Below are positions 11,615 through 22,998 of a stretch of 64,000 nt of DNA, in pieces. The notes below the pieces were generated by a model. The model was not told the origin of the DNA. It did not search any database and saw nothing but the letters and a program-made list of their open reading frames with translations. The translations under genes and the position numbers were made by a program. Source of the stretch: Pirellulales bacterium (GTDB lineage Bacteria; Planctomycetota; Planctomycetia; Pirellulales; PALSA-1355); the NCBI GenBank assembly GCA_963733035.1, contig CAVTBU010000007.1, forward strand, positions 512,001 through 576,000, written 5' to 3'. Every line of letters starts with the position of its first letter. The stretch's first letter is position 1.

Positions 11615-14600
11615 ATGATAGCAAGACTCCAGTGGCTGCTCATGGCACTCGCGCTCGCTGCCGGTCCGTCGGCAGCTGCACGCGGCGTCGAGCCCGTGGA
11701 ACAGTTCCTCGATGCGCTGCGCCACGGCAAGTATTTCGACGAGGCGCTCGTCTACGTCGATCAGTTGCAGACGCTGCCCTCGACGACTGAGGCGATTCGG
11801 CAGCGTGCCGACTACGAACGCGGCCTCACGCTGCTAGCTCAGGCTAGTGAACCGGGCGATCCAGCGCTGCGGCGCAGTCAGTTGGCCCGGGCCGCCGAAG
11901 CCTTCGAGAAATTTGCCGCGGACCAGCCGCAACATGAATTGGCCGGTTCGGTACGCAACCAGCTGGCCAATATCCTGGTCGAACGCGGGCGGAGCGAGTT
12001 GAAAGCCGCCCCCGATGTCGGCAGAGAGGCGGCCACGGTCGCTGCCCGTGAGCTTTACCAACAGGCTCGCGAGCAGTTCATCAAGGCCGAAAAGCTGCAA
12101 GGCGAACAATTGAAAACGCTGCCCAAGCTGATCCCTCCCGATCGGGCGGATTTGCACGCTTTGAAGCTTCGTCTGGCCGGCGACCAAGCGCAGGCGCGCT
12201 TGATGCTGGCCAATATCGACTACGAACTGGCCAAGACGTTCGATTCCAAGAGCGGTGAGGCCAAGGACCATTTCACGGCCGCGGCTAAGAGTTACGCCGC
12301 CCTGCACGACGCTTATCGCACTCGTGCCGTGGGCCTGCTGGCCCGACTGTGGGAAGGCCGCTGCTATCAGGAATTGGGCCGTTTCGATCAGGCTTTGGGT
12401 TGTTATCGAGAATTGATGGACTTGCCCGACTCGGCCGAAACGCGGGCGATTCGCAGTAAGAGCACGCGGCAGGCGATGGAGTGCTGGACGCAGGACACCG
12501 TCCAGAAATATCAAGCGGCCGTCGAGCGGGGAGGACTTTGGCAAAAAGAGCATGGCGATCAGCCCTCCGACGCCGATGACTTGGCGATTCGCTATCTGAC
12601 GGCCGTGGCCTATCAACAGCAAGCCAAGTCGCTTCCCGAGAAAGACCCCAATCGCAAGCGGTTGAGCGGCGTGGCGCGGCAGTACGTGCAACCCGTCGCT
12701 CGGCATCCCGGCGAATTCCAGCGTCCGGCGAAAATGCTGCTCGTGGCGTTACAAGGTAAGACCGCGGCCGAGAAGGAAACCAAAGTCGCGCCCAAGAACT
12801 TTGCCGAGGCGTTCGAACAAGCCCAGGCAGCCTTGGCAAAGATGCAGGAAGCGGCAGCCAAGAACGCGACGCAAGAAAAAAACGCGGCGGCCCTGGAGGC
12901 GATGGACTTGTTACGGCTGGCCATCAGCATGCGTGACGCCCAGACTCCTGCCGACGCGTTGATTTCCGCCCGCTACTATCTTTGCTATCTCAATTGGGAT
13001 TTGGGCAACTACTACGATGCCGCCGTACTCGGTGAGTACCTCGGCAAACGCTTTCCGCAAACCCTCCCCGGGCGGCAAGGCGCCAAAATTGCCCTGGCCG
13101 CGTGGGTGCGGTTGTACGGCGAGTCAACGGCCGAGGATCGTTCGTTCGAGGTGGCGCAAATCCAACGCGTGGCCGAGATGACGTTCCGGCAATGGCCCGA
13201 CCAGCAAGAGGCCGAAGAAGCGGCGCTCACCCTGGTAAATTTCGCGGCTGCTGCCGGGCAGGTTGAAAAGGCGACCGAGTATCTCGCCAAAATCTCACCC
13301 GATTCTCCCCGCCGGGGCCAGGCCGAGCTGGCGCGGGACAGGCATTGTGGTCGACGTATCTCCACGCGTTGCGAGAGCCCGAGGGCGATCGGCCGTCGGA
13401 GGCCGAACTGAACTCCCTGCGCAAGCAGGCTCAGGAAATACTCAAACAAGGCATCGAGCGGGTCAAGGACCGCGGTCTGGTCGACGCGACACTGGCGACC
13501 GCTGCATTCTCGCTCGTTCAGATTTGCCTCGAAAACGACAATGCCAAACAGGCCGTCCAATTGCTTGAAGATCCGAAATTCGGTCCGCTCACGCTGGTCA
13601 CTTCCGGCAGCGACGCCGCCCGCCGCGAGGGCTTCGCGGTGGAAACCTACAAAATGGCGTTGCGTGCGTACATTGCCGACGATCCCCCGCAACTCGAAAA
13701 GGCCGAACAGGCCATGAAGTCGCTTGAAAAGCTCGTGCAGGAGAGCGGCGACGCCAAAGCGGGCGAAAACCTAACGGCCATCTACATCAGTCTTGGCCGC
13801 CAACTGCAGGCCGACCTCCAGACGCTGCGTAAAAGCGGCAAGACGAAGGACGTCGAGCGCACCGCCGAAGCCTTTCAGGTGTTTCTCGATCGTTTGCTTG
13901 CGCGGAGCGCGGGAGGCAGCCTGCCCTCGCTCAACTGGATCGCTGAGACCTACACCCAACTCGGGAAGGATTTTAGCGACGCCGAGGGGAGCGCTTCGTC
14001 GCGCGCGCAGCAATGCTACGCAAAGTCCGCCTCGGCTTACAAACAGTTGTTGGCCGCCGCCGAGAAGGATCCCCGCTATCAGGCCGCACCGGATTCCCTG
14101 TTGGCGATCCGGCTGCGGATGGCTGATGCCTATCGCGGCGCCGGCAACTATGACCAGGCGACGCTCGCCGTCGACCAGGTGCTGCGCGACAAACCTTCGC
14201 TGCTAACGGCGCAAGTGACCGGCGCGGCCATCTACCAGGCCCGCGGCGCGACCGACCCGACGGGTTATGTCAAGGCAATCATGGGTGGCTCGCCCGATCC
14301 GTCTGGACGCAACCGCATTTGGGGTTGGTCTCAGCTTTCGAAGATGACCATGAACAACGAGAAATTCTCGGACACGTTTCACGAGGCCCGATTGAACATC
14401 GTGGAATCTCGGTATCGCTACGCACTGGTTCAAAAGGATGCCCAGCAGCGAGACAAGATTCTGCGAGCGGCCGTGGAAGATGTCCGCACAACCTACAACG
14501 TGAAGCCCGACCTGGGTGGTCCCGAAATGACGGCCAAGTACGACCGGGCGCTCAAACGCGTGCAAAAGGCGCTGGGACAACCGGAGACCGGGCTTAAGGA

Positions 14601-14640
14601 AATCACGAAACCCACGGACAACGCGGCGGTGACCAAATGA
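11615..14640 (+). CDS. large secreted TPR-like helical repeat protein (frame break near 13330)
   Basis: Signal peptide, repeated TPR-like helices; ORFs 11519-13411 and 13345-14640 join (AELRAGQALW) with one base. Confidence 0.75.
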
Positions 14641-14666
14641 CAGACTTCTGTGCCAAGAGGTGTGCA

Positions 14667-15698
14667 ATGCGAATCCTTTCAAGCGGATTGGCAATCACGT
14701 TGGCTTTGTCCTTGACCGCGCCGGCGGCGCTTGGCATTGACCGCGTCAAGGTATTGCAAGGGGCCCAGCAGAACGGCGACGTGTCCGACACGACCGCGAC
14801 GGAAGTTACCGTCAAGGTCGGCGCTACGACCAAGCAGGTGCCGGTCAACGAGATCGACTCGGTGCAGTTTGATTCCGAGCCCACCGAGCTCACTCAGGCC
14901 CGCGCGGCCATCAAGAGCGGGCGGTTTGACGATGCGCTGGCGAACCTGAACAAGATCGCCCCCGGTGAAATGCGACGTCCGCTGATCGCCAAAGACGTGC
15001 AGTTCTACGAGGCCCTGGCTTCGGCGCGGTTGGCTTTGACCGGTCGCGGTGCGATTGCCGAGGCGGGCAAGAAGATGTTCGCTTTTGAAAAGAACAATAC
15101 AGAAAGCTATCACTACTTCGAAGCCTGCGAGGCCCTGGGCGATTTGCTTGTCGGAGCGGGCAACTTCCCGGCCGCCGAAAGCTTCTACACAAAACTCGCC
15201 AAGGCTCCTTGGCCCGAGTACAAGATGCGGGCGGCCGTGCTCGTGGGCCGTGCCTTGGTTGGTCAAAAGAAATTCGAGCCCGCGATCGCCAAGTTTGACC
15301 AGGTGCTCACCAGCGATGCCGCTGGCAGCGAAGCCCGCAATGAAAAAACCGCAGCCAAGCTCGGCAAGGCATCGGCCCTTAGCGGAATGGGGCAGACGGA
15401 GGAAGCGGTCAAACTAATCGACCAGGTTATCGCCACGGCCGATCCGGACGCCGAAGAACTGTACGCCCGCGCGTACAACCTGCTGGGGCATTCCTATCAG
15501 GCGGCCGGAAAGGTCAAGCCAGCAATCGTGGCCTATTTACACGTGGACTTGTTGTACCCGCGATTTCCCGAACAGCATGCCGAGGCACTGGCCAATCTGG
15601 CGAAGTTGTTCGCCGAGGACAAGAAGGCCGACCGCGCCGCTCAGGCCCGCAACACACTGAAGGAGAAGTATCCCCAGAGTGCGTGGGCGAGCAAATGA
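14667..15698 (+). CDS. secreted tetratricopeptide repeat protein
   Basis: GAGGTG RBS, signal peptide, TPRs, C-terminal 'LKEKYPQSAWA' BamD/CpoB-like ending. Confidence 0.8.
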   Translation: MRILSSGLAITLALSLTAPAALGIDRVKVLQGAQQNGDVSDTTATEVTVKVGATTKQVPVNEIDSVQFDSEPTELTQARAAIKSGRFDDALANLNKIAPGEMRRPLIAKDVQFYEALASARLALTGRGAIAEAGKKMFAFEKNNTESYHYFEACEALGDLLVGAGNFPAAESFYTKLAKAPWPEYKMRAAVLVGRALVGQKKFEPAIAKFDQVLTSDAAGSEARNEKTAAKLGKASALSGMGQTEEAVKLIDQVIATADPDAEELYARAYNLLGHSYQAAGKVKPAIVAYLHVDLLYPRFPEQHAEALANLAKLFAEDKKADRAAQARNTLKEKYPQSAWASK

Positions 15699-15874
15699 TG
15701 AACCACCAGTCCGCCTTGGCGAAAACCACCCGGCGGCGATAAACTGAGCCGGCACGAGGGAGATCTCGACTCACGATGTATGCTTAATCGGCGGTTTTCT
15801 GCGACGAAGCGGGCCGCCGAACTGAATCAACCGAAATATAAACTTCCGGAACCAAGGAACTTCGAGGAATTCTT

Positions 15875-16669
15875 ATGCGGTATGACTCTCGCCTGCGTAG
15901 GCATCTTGTCGCGCTCGTATGTGCGATCGCTGTGGGCATGGCGATCGGTCCCGTGTTGGGCACGACGATGATTCAGACCGCCCGTGCCCAAGAGGCCCCT
16001 GCCGATGGCGGCGACGCCGCGCCCCCTGCCGAAACCAGCGCACTGGGGTTTTACTACCGCGCGCTCGGCCCAATCTATACGATCGTATTCCTTTCACTCT
16101 CATTTATTTTCGTGGCGCTGATCGTCATGAACATTATGTCGATTCGCCGGCAGAGCGTGGTGCCGCCCGATCTAGTCGAAAACTTCGAAGCCATGCTCAA
16201 CGAAAAGCGGTTTCAAGAGGCCTACGAACTGGCCAAGAATGACGAGAGCTTTCTGGGCCACGTACTGGCTGCCGGGTTGGCCAAACTGCAGGAAGGCTAT
16301 CCGCAGGCCGTCGAGGCGATGCAGGAGGTGGGCGAGGACGAAAACATGCGACTTGAACAGCGGCTCAGTTACATCGCGCTGATCGGCACCGTCAGCCCGA
16401 TGATCGGACTGCTGGGCACGGTCAACGGCATGGTCGACGCCTTTCAGACGATCGCCCGCACCAACTCGCAGCCCAAGCCCTCGGAACTGGCCGGCGGCAT
16501 TTCGACGGCTCTGATCACCACGCTGGTTGGCCTGCTGTTGGCGATTCCGGCGATTGCGTCGTTCGGCATCTTCCGCAACCGCCTGGCAAGGTTGGTGCTT
16601 GAAGTGGGCATTTTCAGCGAACGTCTGATGAGCCGATTCCAGAACGTGGGTCCCAAGAAGCCGATGTAG
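15875..16669 (+). CDS. MotA/TolQ/ExbB proton channel family protein
   Basis: SPMIGLLGTVNGM and GISTALITTLVGLLLAIPA motifs. Confidence 0.93.
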   Translation: MRYDSRLRRHLVALVCAIAVGMAIGPVLGTTMIQTARAQEAPADGGDAAPPAETSALGFYYRALGPIYTIVFLSLSFIFVALIVMNIMSIRRQSVVPPDLVENFEAMLNEKRFQEAYELAKNDESFLGHVLAAGLAKLQEGYPQAVEAMQEVGEDENMRLEQRLSYIALIGTVSPMIGLLGTVNGMVDAFQTIARTNSQPKPSELAGGISTALITTLVGLLLAIPAIASFGIFRNRLARLVLEVGIFSERLMSRFQNVGPKKPM

Positions 16670-16735
16670 TCCGCCCGCGCTTAGAGCCAACAACGCCCTT
16701 CCGAGAAGTTATCGCGGGTCCCGAGGTCGAACGTC

Positions 16736-17182
16736 ATGCGATTGAAGCCCAAGTATCGACAGGCGAATCCTGAGATGGATATGACGCCCATGATCGATAT
16801 GACGTTTCAGTTGATCGCCTTTTTCATGGTGCTGTTGAACTTCAGCGAAACCGAGCAGGACGCCCGCATCAAGCTCCCCAGCAGCGAGTTGGCCAAACCG
16901 CCAGAAATGGCCCTCGAGTCGCCGCTCGTGCTGCAGTTGACGAACGACGATCGGGTGATCTTTGGTGGCGAATTGTTGTCGATCCCCGAGCTGGGAGGCC
17001 CGCTGCGCAACGAGCGCCGTTTCCTGGAACTCAACGGCCTGAAGCCCCAGGACGCCAACGTCATCCTGCCGCCGATGCGGACGCCAAGACCGGCGTCGTG
17101 CAGGAAGTGATGCAGCAGTGCCAGGAAAACGGCTTTGAAAACTTCGCCCTGCGCAAAACAGGAGCAGGGAGATACGCCATGA
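16736..17182 (+). CDS. ExbD/TolR family protein (two apparent indels near 17068 and 17152)
   Basis: MDMTPMIDMTFQLIAFFM; restored C-terminus ILRADADAKTGVVQEVMQQCQENGFENFALRAKQ; TGA overlaps next ATG. Confidence 0.85.
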
Positions 17183-17667
17183 GACTCCGTCGCTCCGCGG
17201 GCGAACTTTCCGAGAAGGTCGACATCGCCATGACGCCGATGATCGACATCGTCTTTCTGCTGCTCGTTTTCTTCCTGTTCAATTTCCAAATCGTGGTGCA
17301 GGAAGGCGACTTCAACATTCGCATGCCGGTGGCCGGGCCCGCCAGCTCGACGAGCCTCGACACGCAACTTCCCATCAAGGTGCGGCTGCTGTCCGACGCC
17401 GAAGGCAACCTGACGGGCATCCGCATGGACGATCAGCAGTTGCCAAACTTTACTGCCCTGCACGAGCGGATCATGGGCCGCGTGGGTGGCGACGCCGGGC
17501 CGGATGTCGCCGATAACATCGAGGCCGAGCTCGACTGCGACTACAACCTCAAGTATCGCTACGTGATCAATGCCGTAACGGCCATTTCCGGCTACGTCAC
17601 GCCCGACGGTCACATCGTCAAGCTGATTCAAAAGATCAAATTCTCGCCCCCCAAGAAGCCGACCTGA
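17179..17667 (+). CDS. ExbD/TolR family protein
   Basis: IAMTPMIDIVFLLLVFF motif. Confidence 0.9.
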   Translation: MRLRRSAGELSEKVDIAMTPMIDIVFLLLVFFLFNFQIVVQEGDFNIRMPVAGPASSTSLDTQLPIKVRLLSDAEGNLTGIRMDDQQLPNFTALHERIMGRVGGDAGPDVADNIEAELDCDYNLKYRYVINAVTAISGYVTPDGHIVKLIQKIKFSPPKKPT

Positions 17668-17712
17668 TCGGCGCGCGGGGAGCGCTGCGGTTAGCTCGCT
17701 CTCCTTCGGACT

Positions 17713-18744
17713 CTACCCTCGCGGGTGGAACTGTTTGTGAATCTTCTTGAGGCGCGCCGGATCAACGTGCGTGTAGATTTGTGTTGTCGCAATGCTGGCG
17801 TGTCCCAACATTTCCTGCACCTGTCGCAAATCGGCCCCTCCGGTCAACAGATGCGTGGCAAAGCTGTGGCGAAGCGTGTGCGGACTCATGTCTGACGAAA
17901 TGCCCGCCATTGCGGCGTGCCGTTTGAACAGCTCCCAAATCCTCTCCCGCCGTAACCTCAATCCTCGCCGCGAAACCAGCAGCCATGGCGGCGGCGGCGC
18001 GCGATGCGCCACGCATTTGGGGCGCTCATGGGCCAAATAGTCGCGCACCGCTTGGATGGCCCGCTTGCCCAACGGCACCAGCCGTTCCTTGTTTCCCTTG
18101 CCCTTGCACAGGCAGTAACCTTCGTCCAGATGAGCATCGACGACCTGCAGGTGCGAGATCTCCGACGCCCGGCAACCCGTGGCATAGAGTAATTCAAGAA
18201 GCGCCCGATCGCGGCGCCACAGTGGTTCGCCCCGTTTAGGGCTATCGAGCAGCCGTTCGACCATCCCGGGCGTCAACACGTGCGGCACGCGCTCCCACAG
18301 CTTTTGGCTGCCCAGCAACTCCGCCAGATTCTCGTGCAAGAGTCCTTCGAGCTGCAGATAGCGGAAGAAAATCCGTAGCGACGCCAGGTGCCGTGCAATG
18401 CTGGCCGGAGCCAGCTTGCGCTCGTGTAGCCAGCCGGCATAGTCGGCCAGTTCCTGAATCGTGAGCGTCTGCACGCGCCGACCTGCCAGCCAACCGTAGA
18501 ATCGCTTCATGTCGCGGTGGTAGGCCGCCACGGTGTTTTCCGACAGGTGGCACTCCGACCGCAGATATTCCACGAACGATTCGATCCAGCGGCCCGTGAT
18601 TGCACCGCTTGCCACGGCGGCCGGCTTGAGCAGTTTTCGACGCGGTCCGCCCATGAACGTGTGCCTAGGGCCTCGTGAGGGAATTGCCGGCCTCGCTGCA
18701 AGCGGGATCTTGGCCGGACTCACCTCTTTGGTTCGTCGGGCCAA
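17713..18744 (-). CDS. xerD: site-specific tyrosine recombinase XerD
   Basis: SENTVAAYHRD, LELLYATGCRASE, GKGNKER, SPHTLRHSFATHLL, LGHASIATTQIYTHV, HPRG; start uncertain. Confidence 0.9.
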   Translation of the reverse strand: MARRTKEVSPAKIPLAARPAIPSRGPRHTFMGGPRRKLLKPAAVASGAITGRWIESFVEYLRSECHLSENTVAAYHRDMKRFYGWLAGRRVQTLTIQELADYAGWLHERKLAPASIARHLASLRIFFRYLQLEGLLHENLAELLGSQKLWERVPHVLTPGMVERLLDSPKRGEPLWRRDRALLELLYATGCRASEISHLQVVDAHLDEGYCLCKGKGNKERLVPLGKRAIQAVRDYLAHERPKCVAHRAPPPPWLLVSRRGLRLRRERIWELFKRHAAMAGISSDMSPHTLRHSFATHLLTGGADLRQVQEMLGHASIATTQIYTHVDPARLKKIHKQFHPRG

Positions 18745-18891
18745 GCCTGCCGGCTGTAATGGGATTTGCGAGGCCCGCGATTTGTGCCTATGCTTCAGGG
18801 CAATCCCGACCGGCCTTGCCGGTAAGGGACCGCCGAAGCGCTCGCAAAATCAACACAATCCGTGCAATTGCCACGGCTTTCCATCGCGGAG

Positions 18892-19884
18892 ATGCTCAAC
18901 TTGAAAGTGCTCGTGGTTGGCGGCGCAGGATACATCGGAAGCCATGCCGTGCGGTTGCTCGCGCGGTCAGGACACGACGTATGGGTCTACGACAACCTTT
19001 GCGATGGGCATCCGCAGGCGGTTCCCGAGGGGCGGCTGATCGATGGCCAGCTCAGCGACCGCCCGCGGCTGGTCGCCGCCATGCGCGAGCATGAGATTGA
19101 CGCAGTGATGCACTTCGCGGCATTTGCGTCGGTGGGCGAATCGGTCGTCGATCCTGCCAAGTACTATCAAAACAACATCGTCGGCACGCTAAACCTGCTG
19201 GAAGCGATGCGCGAGGCGGGCGTCACGCGATTGGTGTTTTCCAGCACCACCGCCACCTATGGCGTGCCAGAACGGATTCCGATCACCGAGGAAGAACCGC
19301 AGCGGCCGATCAACCCCTACGGATTCAGTAAACTAGTTATCGAACAGGCAATGGCCGACTACGCGCTGGCCTATGAGCTGGGTTACGCCGCCCTGCGCTA
19401 TTTTAATGCCTCGGGTGCAAGTCCCGATGGAGACCTGGGTGAGGATCACGATCCCGAGACGCATCTAATTCCGCTGGTGCTGCAGGTGGCGCTCGGACAG
19501 CGTTCGCACATCACCATCTTCGGCGATGACTACCCTACGCCCGACGGCACCTGCATTCGCGACTATGTGCACGTCGACGACCTGGCCACGGCGCACCTGG
19601 CCGCGCTCGAGCGACTGGAACCCGGTAATGGGATCAAGCTGAACCTGGGCACTGGCCGCGGATATAGTGTGCAAGAAGTCGTGGATGCCTGCCGCCGCGT
19701 CACCGGGCATGAGATTCCCGCCAAGATGGGCTCCCGCCGCGCCGGTGACCCTCCGGAATTGGTGGCCGATTCGTCCAAGGCCCAGAAGCAACTCGCGTGG
19801 CGTCCCAAGTACAACGACATCGATTCGATCGTCGCCACCGCCTGGAAATGGCACTCATCGCACCCGCACGGGTATCGCAGCTAG
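18892..19884 (+). CDS. galE: UDP-glucose 4-epimerase
   Basis: GGAGYIGSH, YGFSK, LRYFNA, DGTCIRDYVHV. Confidence 0.95.
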   Translation: MLNLKVLVVGGAGYIGSHAVRLLARSGHDVWVYDNLCDGHPQAVPEGRLIDGQLSDRPRLVAAMREHEIDAVMHFAAFASVGESVVDPAKYYQNNIVGTLNLLEAMREAGVTRLVFSSTTATYGVPERIPITEEEPQRPINPYGFSKLVIEQAMADYALAYELGYAALRYFNASGASPDGDLGEDHDPETHLIPLVLQVALGQRSHITIFGDDYPTPDGTCIRDYVHVDDLATAHLAALERLEPGNGIKLNLGTGRGYSVQEVVDACRRVTGHEIPAKMGSRRAGDPPELVADSSKAQKQLAWRPKYNDIDSIVATAWKWHSSHPHGYRS

Positions 19885-19993
19885 CGATTAGACTTTTCAG
19901 CAATCTTCGCCACGGGAATTGGACTTCCGTCCGGTCACATCGCTAGGATACTAGGACCCCCATAAGGAGGTCTTTAGCAAAGGATACCTCGCA

Positions 19994-20998
19994 ATGTCCC
20001 GTGCAACGCTACCGATCGTAATGCTCTCGGAACTGGTTCACGGCCAGGAGGCCGACCTTTTCGTGTTGATGACGGTCAAGGAGGAGCTGACCACACGCGA
20101 CGGCAAGCCCTATTTTCGCGTGGCGTTTCGCGACCATGCCCGGGAAGTGACGTTTCCCATCTGGCAGGATTCACCCTGGGGCAACGACTGCCGCGAGGCC
20201 TGGCAGCCTGGCTCGTTCTACAAAGTGCGGGCCGTCTATCGCGAAACCAGCTACGGACCGCAGCTCGACCTGCGCAAAATTCGCGAAGTGAACGCTGCCG
20301 ACCGGGCCGACGGGTTCTCACCAGCCATGTGCCAGCCGCAAACGCGATTCGAAGCGGGGGCGATGTACGATGAACTGCTGGGCATGGCCACCGAGCGGAT
20401 TGCAGACACCGAGCTGCGGGCGTTGGTCGTCCATCTGCTCGAGTCGAACCGTGAAGCGCTACTGACACTGCCGGCGGCGACCCACAACCATCATGCCTTC
20501 GTTGGCGGCTGGCTCGAGCACGTGCTCAGTGTCACGCGCACAGCCGTCTACCTGGCCGACAAGTACGACGATTACTACCCAAATTTGAAGCCGCGGCTCG
20601 ACAAAAGCGTCGTCGCGGCCGGCGCGATTCTGCACGACATTGGCAAACTCCGTGAGATCGAGGAGAGCCCGACCGGCGCGGAGTACACGGCCGCGGGAAA
20701 TTTAATCGGCCATATCCTGCAAGGCCGCGACATGGTCCGCGAAGCCGCCGTTGGGAAAAACGTTAACGCCGAACTACTTTTACGCCTCGAACACGTGATT
20801 GTTTCGCATCAGCGGCTGCCGGAATGGGGTTCTCCCAAGCCGCCGATGACGCCCGAGGCCCTGATTGTTCACTATGCCGACGACTTGGACGCGAAGTACC
20901 AGATGATGGCCACGATCCTCGGTGAAGACACGACGCCCGGCCCGATGACATCAAAAAAGAACGCGCTCTATCAGAAGGTGTACAAAGGGGACGGATAA
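19994..20998 (+). CDS. YhaM-family OB-fold/HD 3'-5' exoribonuclease
   Basis: N-terminal OB fold, PAATHNHH, LEH, LHDIGK, GHI, PMTPEA..HYADDLD. Confidence 0.85.
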   Translation: MSRATLPIVMLSELVHGQEADLFVLMTVKEELTTRDGKPYFRVAFRDHAREVTFPIWQDSPWGNDCREAWQPGSFYKVRAVYRETSYGPQLDLRKIREVNAADRADGFSPAMCQPQTRFEAGAMYDELLGMATERIADTELRALVVHLLESNREALLTLPAATHNHHAFVGGWLEHVLSVTRTAVYLADKYDDYYPNLKPRLDKSVVAAGAILHDIGKLREIEESPTGAEYTAAGNLIGHILQGRDMVREAAVGKNVNAELLLRLEHVIVSHQRLPEWGSPKPPMTPEALIVHYADDLDAKYQMMATILGEDTTPGPMTSKKNALYQKVYKGDG

Positions 20999-21032
20999 AG
21001 TCAGGCAGAGGACGAATTCGAAACGAGTCGAT

Positions 21033-21389
21033 TCACTCGTCGTCCTTCTGGGACCGGCCTCTTTTACCTGCGTCCTTGGCATCCTTCGGCAAATCGAGGC
21101 TGCAGCAGCCGAGGTTGAGCGTATTGACGTTGCTGTCTGTGTGGGCGGCGATTTGGGGGTCCAGGCGATAGATCACAAACTTGCCGTTCCTCTCCGTTTG
21201 CACCACGCCCGCGTGACGCAGCACACCCAGGTGGTGCGAGACTTTCACCATGTCTTCGCCCAGAACGTGCGAGATTTGCGAGACGTTCAATGGCCCATTC
21301 AGCAGGCAATTCACGATGCGCAGGCGATCCGGGTCGGCCAGAGCCTTCAGTCGGCTGGCGCATCGTTGGTAGTCGTCGTCGGTTCGCAT
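21033..21389 (-). CDS. ArsR/SmtB family transcriptional regulator
   Basis: LKALADPDRLRIV, VSHHLGVLR, C-terminal LGCC. Confidence 0.88.
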   Translation of the reverse strand: MRTDDDYQRCASRLKALADPDRLRIVNCLLNGPLNVSQISHVLGEDMVKVSHHLGVLRHAGVVQTERNGKFVIYRLDPQIAAHTDSNVNTLNLGCCSLDLPKDAKDAGKRGRSQKDDE

Positions 21390-21507
21390 GACAACGTTCA
21401 AGGCAGACGATTTGGCGGGGGGCCGGTGGTCCATCGGTCGGCTCAGAATCCTAGGCAAAAGGCGAAATGCTAAGGCCGGCTCCTTTCGGCGGCCGCCCCT
21501 TAGAATA

Positions 21508-22899
21508 TCACCCCCCTGCCCCGCTGGGCAAACCCTTCAGCATTCGGTGGCTGTCGACACGATGACGCACATGCGGGCGCGACTTGCTGGCGATGATCAC
21601 GGGGTCTTCGTCCCCTATCACAGACCGCGCCGGAAGCGTGCCGGCTCGCACGATCTGTCCGCCGAGTTGAGCAATTTTGGCATCGAGCTGCTCGTATCCA
21701 CGGTCGAGGTGTTCGATGTTGTGGATCGTCGACTCATGCGCGGCCGCCAGACCCGCCAGCACCAAGGCCGCGCTGGCCCGCAGGTCGGAAGCGACGACTT
21801 CGGCGCCCGAAAATCGCCGTACGCCGTCGATGATGGCGAGCTTCCCGCACCGCTCGATGCGAGCGCCTAGCCGGTTCAACTCACCGAGGTGCAGGCAACG
21901 GTCGGGGAATACGTCGTCGGCCACATGGCTCGTTCCATCCGCCAGCGCCAACAATGCCGTCAGCTGGGCCTGCACGTCAGTGGGAATTCCGGGATACGGT
22001 CGCGCAATGAGCCGGGCGGGACGCGGTCGGCCCTCGGCATGGACCGTGATTTTCTCGTGGCCGCGGGCGACGTCGACGCCCATTGCCGTCAACGCATCGA
22101 GCACGGCGGTCAGGTGCTCGGCCCTGGCACCTACCACTGAAACAGTGCCCTGGGTGATGGCTGCCGCAATCAAGAGCGTGGCGGCTTCGATACGGTCGGG
22201 AATGATTCGATGCAGCACACCTCGGAGCTCCGCGACGCCGCTGATTTCCAGCGTCTCGCTCCCCAGGCCGGAAATCTCGGCACCGGCGGCATTCAGGAAT
22301 TGCCCCAGATCGACGATTTCCGGTTCGGCCGCGGCGCCGGTGATGACCGTCTTGCCCTCGGCCAGCGCTGCCGCGCTCATCACGTTGGCCGTGCCGGTCA
22401 CGGTCGTGCCATGCCTACCGCGCAGGTCGATCTGAGCCCCGCGCAGCTTGGCGGCTTCGGCAATCACGTAGCCACGTTCGATCCGCAAGTCGGCTCCCAG
22501 GGCATGTAGCCCGGCCAGGTGCAAATCGACCGGTCGCGTACCGATGTTGCAGCCGCCGGGAAGCGAAACCACGGCCCTGCCCCGTCGCGCCAGTAGCGGC
22601 CCTAGCACGCAGAAACTAGCCCGCATCCGCCGCACGAGTTCATATGGAGCCGTGGTCGAACGCCGATCCACCGTCGCCAGATGCAGGTCGCCGGCCAGAT
22701 CGCGTTTGACTTCCACGCCGAGCTGGCCGAGCAAAAGCGAGAGCGTTTGCACGTCAGCCAGATTGGGCACGCCACACAGCACGGTCGGTCCCTCGACCAG
22801 GATCGAGGCGGCCATGATCGGCAACGCGGCGTTCTTCGAGCCGCTGCAGGCCACGGTCCCATGCAGCCGGACTCCGCCCGTGATGCGCAAACAATCCAT
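21508..22899 (-). CDS. murA: UDP-N-acetylglucosamine 1-carboxyvinyltransferase
   Basis: SGSKNAALP, MRASFCVLGPL, LPGGCNIGTRP, PDRIEA, DLRASA, HLDRGYE. Confidence 0.96.
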   Translation of the reverse strand: MDCLRITGGVRLHGTVACSGSKNAALPIMAASILVEGPTVLCGVPNLADVQTLSLLLGQLGVEVKRDLAGDLHLATVDRRSTTAPYELVRRMRASFCVLGPLLARRGRAVVSLPGGCNIGTRPVDLHLAGLHALGADLRIERGYVIAEAAKLRGAQIDLRGRHGTTVTGTANVMSAAALAEGKTVITGAAAEPEIVDLGQFLNAAGAEISGLGSETLEISGVAELRGVLHRIIPDRIEAATLLIAAAITQGTVSVVGARAEHLTAVLDALTAMGVDVARGHEKITVHAEGRPRPARLIARPYPGIPTDVQAQLTALLALADGTSHVADDVFPDRCLHLGELNRLGARIERCGKLAIIDGVRRFSGAEVVASDLRASAALVLAGLAAAHESTIHNIEHLDRGYEQLDAKIAQLGGQIVRAGTLPARSVIGDEDPVIIASKSRPHVRHRVDSHRMLKGLPSGAGG

Positions 22900-22998
22900 T
22901 GCTCGCCCCCCGCTTGATGCGTCCTTGCCGCGGCTGTTGTCAGAATATCGATCGGGCAGTTCATCCGCCCAAAGTTTCGCTCGTGGTGGGGCGTCGCC

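Noticed and set aside
17713..18744. Tyrosine recombinase as the island's integrase
   Set aside because: It has housekeeping XerD features, lacks the IntI insertion, and lies 7 kb away among core genes.
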